This document shows, one piece after another, positions 63,201 through 64,000 of a stretch of 64,000 bases of DNA. Under the pieces are notes generated by a model, which searched no databases, had not been told where the DNA came from, and saw only the letters and a program-made list of their open reading frames with translations. The DNA lies in the NCBI GenBank assembly GCA_965235115.1, contig OZ249452.1, positions 12,648,001-12,712,000 on the forward strand, written 5' to 3'. Source of the stretch: Laetmonice hystrix. Its lineage: Eukaryota. Both the position numbers and the translations under genes were made by a program. The first letter of the stretch is position 1; each line of letters opens with the position of its first letter.

Positions 63201-64000
63201 TTATAAATGGCAAACAAAATAAATAAATAAATAAATGAAAGCGTGACAATAAGTAGTATATGTCACAAAGGTTGCTACATAAAGTGTTAGTCTCACAGTT
63301 AAGCAGTATTATAAAGGACATTTATACCTTCCACCGTCAGATTGGCAGAACTCGCAGCATCTGGTGTTTTAACAGTATACTCGGCCGTGTCATCGATTTT
63401 AACTTGTGTCAAAGTTAACTGATGTTTTGTGCCTTCAGCTGTCACTTTGGTGCGTTCGTCTGGCTTTATCTTTTTGCCATCTTTCAACCAGTCAACCTTT
63501 TTATCAGGTTTGGACAGTTCACATTCAAAGGTCACTGATTCGTCCTCTGTGCACTTTTTGTCCTTGAGAGGCACAGTGAAGGTCGCTGTTGCTTCTGTTA
63601 CAAAGAATTGTGGGGTTCGGGATATGTTATTGCTATACAATATAATATACTCGCAGCATCCGTTAATATTTTTACTACTGGCATGCACTTTCCGATCCAG
63701 ATTTAAAATAAAAGTGTAATGGGTCTTAAATTATAAATGGCAAACAAAATAAATAAATAAATATATAATTGAAAGCATGACAATAAGTAGTATATGTCAC
63801 AAAGGTTGCTACATAAAGTGTTAGTTTCACAGTTAAGCAGTTTTATAAAGGACATTTATACCTTCCACCGTCAGATTTGCAGAACTCGCAGCATCCGGTG
63901 TTTTAACAGTATACTCGGCCGTGTCATCGACTTTGACTTGTGTCAAAGTTAACTGATGTTTTGTGCCTTCAGATGTCACTTTGGTGCATTTGTCTGGCTT
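7..64000 (-). CDS. Giant titin/connectin-like (twitchin family) muscle protein gene, internal fragment of about 100 exons with about 64 Ig and 36 FN3 domains plus a PEVK-like segment
   Basis: Minus-strand ORFs translate to Ig-I-set motifs (ECExSKP..V.W.K.G...D...Y) and titin-type FN3 motifs (PxPP..W..P..DGG..I..Y.VE..W..Y.FRV.A.N..G). Each is bounded by AG/GT, and the exon lengths keep frame. Both gene ends are outside the window. Confidence 0.95.
643..1236 (-). CDS. Exon: FN3-FN3 (super-repeat F)
   Basis: DPPGPP...TAQYG|gtgag; 594 nt. Confidence 0.9.
1469..1771 (-). CDS. Exon: FN3 (F)
   Basis: GKPSPP...KLPFG|gtgagt; 303 nt. Confidence 0.9.
2016..2303 (-). CDS. Exon: Ig (F)
   Basis: APVIDY...VIVKG; 288 nt. 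Confidence 0.9.
2620..2907 (-). CDS. Exon: Ig (F), unsplit
   Basis: VGNPPKIL...LEVQ|gtgag; 288 nt. Confidence 0.9.
3035..3337 (-). CDS. Exon: FN3 (F)
   Basis: AKPGKP...KEQI|gtaagt; 303 nt. Confidence 0.9.
3523..3825 (-). CDS. Exon: FN3 (F)
   Basis: DLPGAP...KDPW|gtaagt; 303 nt. Confidence 0.9.
4005..4301 (-). CDS. Exon: FN3 (F)
   Basis: DKPGPP...KSQFG|gtaagt; 297 nt. Confidence 0.9.
4473..4754 (-). CDS. Exon: Ig (F)
   Basis: APPMFL...VTVIG|gtgagt; 282 nt. Confidence 0.9.
4950..5219 (-). CDS. Exon: Ig (first domain of F)
   Basis: VEPIIF...LTIKG|gtaaa; 270 nt. Confidence 0.9.
5359..5955 (-). CDS. Exon: FN3-FN3 (super-repeat E)
   Basis: DPPDPP...SKYG|gtaag; 597 nt. Confidence 0.9.
6091..6393 (-). 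CDS. Exon: FN3 (E)
   Basis: DKPSPP...RLPFG|gtgagt; 303 nt. Confidence 0.9.
6695..6979 (-). CDS. Exon: Ig (E)
   Basis: VGPKIDY...VIKG; 285 nt. Confidence 0.9.
7241..7413 (-). CDS. Exon: 3' part of split Ig (E)
   Basis: phase-2 acceptor, HKDGREI...LTVH|gtgagt; 173 nt. Confidence 0.88.
7572..7686 (-). CDS. Exon: 5' part of split Ig (E)
   Basis: VGTAPTIVEEL...KTKW; 115 nt; 115+173=288, same as the unsplit paralogs. Confidence 0.88.
7862..8161 (-). CDS. Exon: FN3 (E)
   Basis: EKPGKP...KEPIG|gtgagt; 300 nt. Confidence 0.9.
8278..8580 (-). CDS. Exon: FN3 (E)
   Basis: DPPGPP...KDPW|gtaagt; 303 nt. Confidence 0.9.
8713..9051. mobile_element. Putative MITE (non-autonomous DNA transposon), 339 bp
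   Basis: Left end cagtgggggatccagg (8713-8728) matches the reverse complement of cctggatcccccagtg (9036-9051) at 15/16. It is flanked on both sides by TAGTA (or TA). No ORF; intronic. Confidence 0.7.
9107..9403 (-). CDS. Exon: FN3 (E)
   Basis: DKPSAP...KSPHG|gtaag; 297 nt. Confidence 0.9.
10299..10550 (+). promoter_or_regulatory. Candidate intronic Pol II core promoter and first exon
   Basis: CCAAT 10299-10303, TGACGTCA 10326-10333, TATATATA 10359-10366, Inr-like TTCAGAC about 28 nt after TATA, gccATG 10418, donor G|GTGAGT 10545. Motif-only prediction. Confidence 0.35.
10671..10955 (-). CDS. Exon: Ig (E)
   Basis: APPKFL...VIVKG|gtaagt; 285 nt. Confidence 0.9.
11170..11445 (-). CDS. Exon: Ig (first domain of E)
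   Basis: VEAISFL...LTIHG|gtgagt; 276 nt. Confidence 0.9.
11745..12329 (-). CDS. Exon: FN3-FN3 (D)
   Basis: DPPGPPIHL...AKYG|gtgagt; 585 nt. Confidence 0.9.
12604..12906 (-). CDS. Exon: FN3 (D)
   Basis: DRPSPP...KLPFG; 303 nt. Confidence 0.9.
13050..13337 (-). CDS. Exon: Ig (D)
   Basis: VSPEITY...VTVKG; 288 nt. Confidence 0.9.
13437..13609 (-). CDS. Exon: 3' part of split Ig (D)
   Basis: FRNSKEI...LIVHG; 173 nt. Confidence 0.88.
13745..13859 (-). CDS. Exon: 5' part of split Ig (D)
   Basis: VGHPPELIKPL...KIKW; 115 nt. Confidence 0.88.
14066..14374 (-). CDS. Exon: FN3 (D)
   Basis: EKPGKPGQP...KEPIG; 309 nt. Confidence 0.9.
14616..14918 (-). CDS. Exon: FN3 (D)
   Basis: DPPGPPQSP...KDPYG; 303 nt. 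Confidence 0.9.
15124..15420 (-). CDS. Exon: FN3 (D)
   Basis: DKPSAP...KSPYG; 297 nt. Confidence 0.9.
15630..15911 (-). CDS. Exon: Ig (D)
   Basis: VPPAWTF...VIVIG; 282 nt. Confidence 0.9.
16028..16300 (-). CDS. Exon: Ig (first domain of D)
   Basis: DEPIDFL...LAVKG; 273 nt. Confidence 0.9.
16520..17104 (-). CDS. Exon: FN3-FN3 (C)
   Basis: copy of 11745-12329; 585 nt. Confidence 0.9.
17381..17683 (-). CDS. Exon: FN3 (C)
   Basis: DRPSPP; 303 nt. Confidence 0.9.
17827..18114 (-). CDS. Exon: Ig (C)
   Basis: VSPEITY; 288 nt. Confidence 0.9.
18214..18386 (-). CDS. Exon: 3' part of split Ig (C)
   Basis: 173 nt, phase-2 acceptor. Confidence 0.88.
18520..18634 (-). CDS. Exon: 5' part of split Ig (C)
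   Basis: VGHPPEL; 115 nt. Confidence 0.88.
18842..19150 (-). CDS. Exon: FN3 (C)
   Basis: EKPGKP; 309 nt. Confidence 0.9.
19383..19685 (-). CDS. Exon: FN3 (C)
   Basis: DPPGPP; 303 nt. Confidence 0.9.
19890..20186 (-). CDS. Exon: FN3 (C)
   Basis: DKPSAP; 297 nt. Confidence 0.9.
20396..20677 (-). CDS. Exon: Ig (C)
   Basis: VPPAWTF; 282 nt. Confidence 0.9.
20849..21121 (-). CDS. Exon: Ig (first domain of C)
   Basis: DEPIDFL; 273 nt. Confidence 0.9.
21341..21925 (-). CDS. Exon: FN3-FN3 (B)
   Basis: DPPGPPIHL; 585 nt. Confidence 0.9.
22196..22498 (-). CDS. Exon: FN3 (B)
   Basis: DRPSPP; 303 nt. Confidence 0.9.
22642..22929 (-). CDS. Exon: Ig (B)
   Basis: VSPEITY; 288 nt. Confidence 0.9.
23029..23201 (-). 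CDS. Exon: 3' part of split Ig (B)
   Basis: 173 nt, phase-2 acceptor. Confidence 0.88.
23327..23441 (-). CDS. Exon: 5' part of split Ig (B)
   Basis: VGHPPEL; 115 nt. Confidence 0.88.
23649..23957 (-). CDS. Exon: FN3 (B)
   Basis: EKPGKP; 309 nt. Confidence 0.9.
24190..24492 (-). CDS. Exon: FN3 (B)
   Basis: DPPGPP; 303 nt. Confidence 0.9.
24702..24998 (-). CDS. Exon: FN3 (B)
   Basis: DKPSAP; 297 nt. Confidence 0.9.
25208..25489 (-). CDS. Exon: Ig (B)
   Basis: VPPAWTF; 282 nt. Confidence 0.9.
25601..25873 (-). CDS. Exon: Ig (first domain of B)
   Basis: DEPIDFL; 273 nt. Confidence 0.9.
26071..26364 (-). CDS. Exon: FN3 (super-repeat A)
   Basis: DVPEAPGRP...RKYG|gtaag; 294 nt. Confidence 0.9.
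26874..27173 (-). CDS. Exon: FN3 (A)
   Basis: DKPGPP...KDPFG|gtaag; 300 nt. Confidence 0.9.
27486..27788 (-). CDS. Exon: FN3 (A)
   Basis: DRPSPP...KLPYG; 303 nt. Confidence 0.9.
27990..28277 (-). CDS. Exon: Ig (A)
   Basis: VHPTIDY...VAVKG|gtgag; 288 nt. Confidence 0.9.
28545..28756. repeat. Intronic minisatellite, ~39-bp unit x5.5
   Basis: Consensus cataacgctgagtcagcattcaatggtcaatcccaccca; one unit is 36 bp. Confidence 0.92.
28770..29057 (-). CDS. Exon: Ig (A), unsplit
   Basis: VGDAPQMF...LTVHG|gtaag; 288 nt. Confidence 0.9.
29301..29903 (-). CDS. Exon: FN3-FN3 (A)
   Basis: AVPGAPDAP...KTLVG; 603 nt. Confidence 0.9.
30137..30433 (-). CDS. Exon: FN3 (A)
   Basis: DKPSPP...KHPY|gtatg; 297 nt. 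Confidence 0.9.
30839..31129 (-). CDS. Exon: Ig (A)
   Basis: AGPKFVL...LVVLG; 291 nt. Confidence 0.9.
31329..31598 (-). CDS. Exon: Ig (first domain of A)
   Basis: EEPVDFV...ILVEG; 270 nt. Confidence 0.9.
31754..32023 (-). CDS. Exon: tandem Ig
   Basis: EEPLEFL...VYVEG; 270 nt. Confidence 0.9.
32268..32540 (-). CDS. Exon: tandem Ig
   Basis: ELPVEFV...LTVLG; 273 nt. Confidence 0.9.
32897..33166 (-). CDS. Exon: tandem Ig
   Basis: EAPAEFL...LTVEG; 270 nt. Confidence 0.9.
33392..33658 (-). CDS. Exon: tandem Ig
   Basis: ELPTEFL...LVVEG; 267 nt. Confidence 0.9.
33870..33913. mobile_element. Possible one-ended MITE remnant
   Basis: Ends in tagatccgccact, which resembles the right terminus of the 8713-9051 element. 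No partner end found. Confidence 0.3.
34070..34339 (-). CDS. Exon: tandem Ig
   Basis: EAPLEIV...LLVEG; 270 nt. Confidence 0.9.
34550..34834 (-). CDS. Exon: tandem Ig
   Basis: ESPCEIK...VTVKG; 285 nt. Confidence 0.9.
35181..35450 (-). CDS. Exon: tandem Ig
   Basis: ELPIEVT...LTVEG; 270 nt. Confidence 0.9.
36458..36730 (-). CDS. Exon: tandem Ig
   Basis: ETPITFT...LTVKG; 273 nt. Confidence 0.9.
37326..37592 (-). CDS. Exon: tandem Ig
   Basis: ELPVEVT...LTVKG; 267 nt. Confidence 0.9.
38133..38304 (-). CDS. Exon: 3' part of split tandem Ig
   Basis: phase-0 acceptor ccag|GTCAAATGG (VKWLKNKEEL...LTVEG); 172 nt; not in the ORF track. Confidence 0.85.
39054..39151 (-). CDS. Exon: 5' part of split tandem Ig
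   Basis: EKPADFKSKL...KSHIQ|gtacg; 98 nt; 98+172=270. Confidence 0.85.
39396..39532. mobile_element. Putative PIF/Harbinger-type MITE, 137 bp
   Basis: TIRs GGGCTCGTTTTACTAA and GGGACCGTTTCACTAA match at 13/16. CTG 3-bp direct repeats on both sides. Two internal TACGAGCTCGTA palindromes. Confidence 0.7.
40352..40671 (-). CDS. Atypical Ig exon with no GT donor, reading to a TAG stop: candidate alternative terminal exon
   Basis: Strong acceptor (tttttcgttcctgtttgatttcag|AA). Ig motifs ECHVSD..V.W...D.GLY.C. Ends ...VTVDSAYSHQYAIYNNTPYAL*. AATAAA on the minus strand at 40243-40238 and further downstream. Confidence 0.6.
40978..41244 (-). CDS. Exon: tandem Ig
   Basis: EMPLEIK...LIVDG; 267 nt. 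Confidence 0.9.
42117..42386 (-). CDS. Exon: tandem Ig
   Basis: ESAPKFTKPL...LTVKG; 270 nt. Confidence 0.88.
42738..43007 (-). CDS. Exon: tandem Ig
   Basis: ELPTVFT...LTVDG; 270 nt. Confidence 0.9.
43532..43798 (-). CDS. Exon: tandem Ig
   Basis: EIPIEFI...LTVEG; 267 nt. Confidence 0.9.
44020..44289 (-). CDS. Exon: tandem Ig
   Basis: EEPVTIL...LHVEG; 270 nt. Confidence 0.9.
44268..44460 (-). repeat. ~79-bp tandem triplication spanning a 3' splice site
   Basis: The motif ctggtt(c/a)ttctgtcaa recurs, with AG acceptors giving exon starts at 44289, 44368 and 44446. Confidence 0.85.
45381..45650 (-). CDS. Exon: tandem Ig
   Basis: EAPTAFK...LTVEG; 270 nt. Confidence 0.9.
45862..46128 (-). CDS. 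Exon: tandem Ig
   Basis: EAAVKFT...LYVEG; 267 nt. Confidence 0.9.
46817..47083 (-). CDS. Exon: tandem Ig
   Basis: GPPVVFT...LWVEG; 267 nt. Confidence 0.9.
48027..50963 (-). CDS. Giant exon encoding ~979 aa of low-complexity K/D/P/S/E/T-rich (PEVK-like) sequence
   Basis: The 1020-aa ORF trimmed to catgtag|GAGCATC and GAAG|GTAGGT gives 2937 nt, phase 1-1. An alternative in-frame acceptor lies at 50954. Confidence 0.8.
48149..48952 (-). repeat. Coding minisatellite, 30-nt unit: (PSKDKPEAM[E/K]) x26 plus a partial unit
   Basis: Counted from the translation; plus-strand unit ctctggcttgtctttggacggttccattgc. Confidence 0.95.
51462..51731 (-). CDS. Exon: tandem Ig (761-bp array)
   Basis: EAKVTFTQPL...LTVEA|gtatg; 270 nt. 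Confidence 0.88.
52226..52492 (-). CDS. Exon: tandem Ig (761-bp array)
   Basis: EAKVTFTQPL...LNVEG; 267 nt. Confidence 0.88.
52987..53253 (-). CDS. Exon: tandem Ig (761-bp array)
   Basis: same peptide; 267 nt. Confidence 0.88.
53748..54014 (-). CDS. Exon: tandem Ig (761-bp array)
   Basis: same peptide; 267 nt. Confidence 0.88.
54509..54775 (-). CDS. Exon: tandem Ig (761-bp array)
   Basis: same peptide; 267 nt. Confidence 0.88.
55269..55535 (-). CDS. Exon: tandem Ig (761-bp array)
   Basis: same peptide; 267 nt. Confidence 0.88.
55784..56050 (-). CDS. Exon: tandem Ig
   Basis: ETKVTFTKPL...LIVEG; 267 nt. Confidence 0.9.
56382..56648 (-). CDS. Exon: tandem Ig
   Basis: ESPVVFTRPL...LTVKG; 267 nt. 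Confidence 0.9.
56856..57122 (-). CDS. Exon: tandem Ig (ESPVKF family)
   Basis: 267 nt, AG/GT bounded. Confidence 0.88.
57440..57706 (-). CDS. Exon: tandem Ig (ESPVKF family)
   Basis: 267 nt, AG/GT bounded. Confidence 0.88.
58032..58298 (-). CDS. Exon: tandem Ig (ESPVKF family)
   Basis: 267 nt, AG/GT bounded. Confidence 0.88.
58615..58881 (-). CDS. Exon: tandem Ig (ESPVKF family)
   Basis: 267 nt, AG/GT bounded. Confidence 0.88.
59198..59464 (-). CDS. Exon: tandem Ig (ESPVKF family)
   Basis: 267 nt, AG/GT bounded. Confidence 0.88.
59799..60065 (-). CDS. Exon: tandem Ig (ESPVKF family)
   Basis: 267 nt, AG/GT bounded. Confidence 0.88.
60392..60658 (-). CDS. Exon: tandem Ig (ESPVKF family)
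   Basis: 267 nt, AG/GT bounded. Confidence 0.88.
60988..61254 (-). CDS. Exon: tandem Ig (ESPVKF family)
   Basis: 267 nt, AG/GT bounded. Confidence 0.88.
61580..61594 (-). pseudogene. Remnant of a deleted Ig exon (LTVEG plus orphan donor)
   Basis: aaCTGACAGTAGAAG|gtatagcc lies 592 bp from the previous exon start but is fused directly to intron sequence; no acceptor. Confidence 0.8.
61802..62068 (-). CDS. Exon: tandem Ig, chimeric
   Basis: EPSVKFTRPL...KLTVEG; 267 nt. Confidence 0.88.
62271..62537 (-). CDS. Exon: tandem Ig
   Basis: EAPVKFTRPL...LTVEG; 267 nt. Confidence 0.9.
62797..63063 (-). CDS. Exon: tandem Ig (EATATF family)
   Basis: EATATFTVPL...LTVQG; 267 nt. Confidence 0.9.
63328..63594 (-). 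CDS. Exon: tandem Ig (EATATF family)
   Basis: EATATFTVPL...LTVEG; 267 nt. Confidence 0.9.
63862..64000 (-). CDS. Exon: tandem Ig, truncated by the window edge
   Basis: ...KPDKCTKVTSEGTKHQL...LTVEG|gtat; 534 bp from the previous copy. Confidence 0.85.

Noticed and set aside
620-63688. Each minus-strand ORF as a separate small gene; hydrophobic N- and C-terminal extensions as signal or TM segments
   Set aside because: The extensions are intron read-through beyond the AG/GT boundaries. The trimmed exons join in frame into one protein.
690-63719. Many plus-strand ORFs (e.g. 48194-48982, 49634-50455, 15550-15915, 52234-52548)
   Set aside because: They are antisense shadows of the minus-strand exons and repeats, recur with them, and have no independent domain signal.
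7-64000. Assigning the symbol TTN or unc-22, or a species
   Set aside because: No kinase domain or termini are in view and the super-repeat differs from both families, so orthology needs a phylogeny. Recurrent TAGGCCT(A) motifs only weakly hint at a marine invertebrate.

Overview
The window is eukaryotic, probably invertebrate-animal, genomic DNA. It is filled by an internal part of one giant multi-exon titin/connectin-like muscle gene on the minus strand. Neither the start codon, the kinase domain nor the final stop lies in the window. I delimited about 100 GT-AG exons by hand (about 31 kb coding, about 10,400 aa), nearly all symmetric phase 1. In transcript order (high to low coordinates) they encode: 21 tandem Ig domains in three recently expanded exon arrays (about 532, 590 and 761 bp units); one 2,937-nt PEVK-like exon with a 26x 10-aa repeat; 18 more divergent tandem Ig domains; six complete 10-domain super-repeats (Ig-Ig-Fn3-Fn3-Fn3)x2, which I label A-F, and the first Ig of a seventh (G). 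Three of the super-repeats are a near-identical 4.8-kb triplication. The best leads are: super-repeat length fixed at 976-978 aa despite divergence; an Ig exon that lacks a GT donor and runs into a stop followed by AATAAA signals (Novex-3-like); a CCAAT/CRE/TATA island with splice donors on both strands in one intron; dense RBFOX (UGCAUG) motifs in the Ig-array introns; a triplicated splice acceptor whose decoys all lead to stops; an exon deleted from an array; and two MITEs. I found no prokaryotic, CRISPR, rRNA or tRNA features. Exon boundaries are predictions without RNA support, and taxon and orthology cannot be fixed from the sequence alone.
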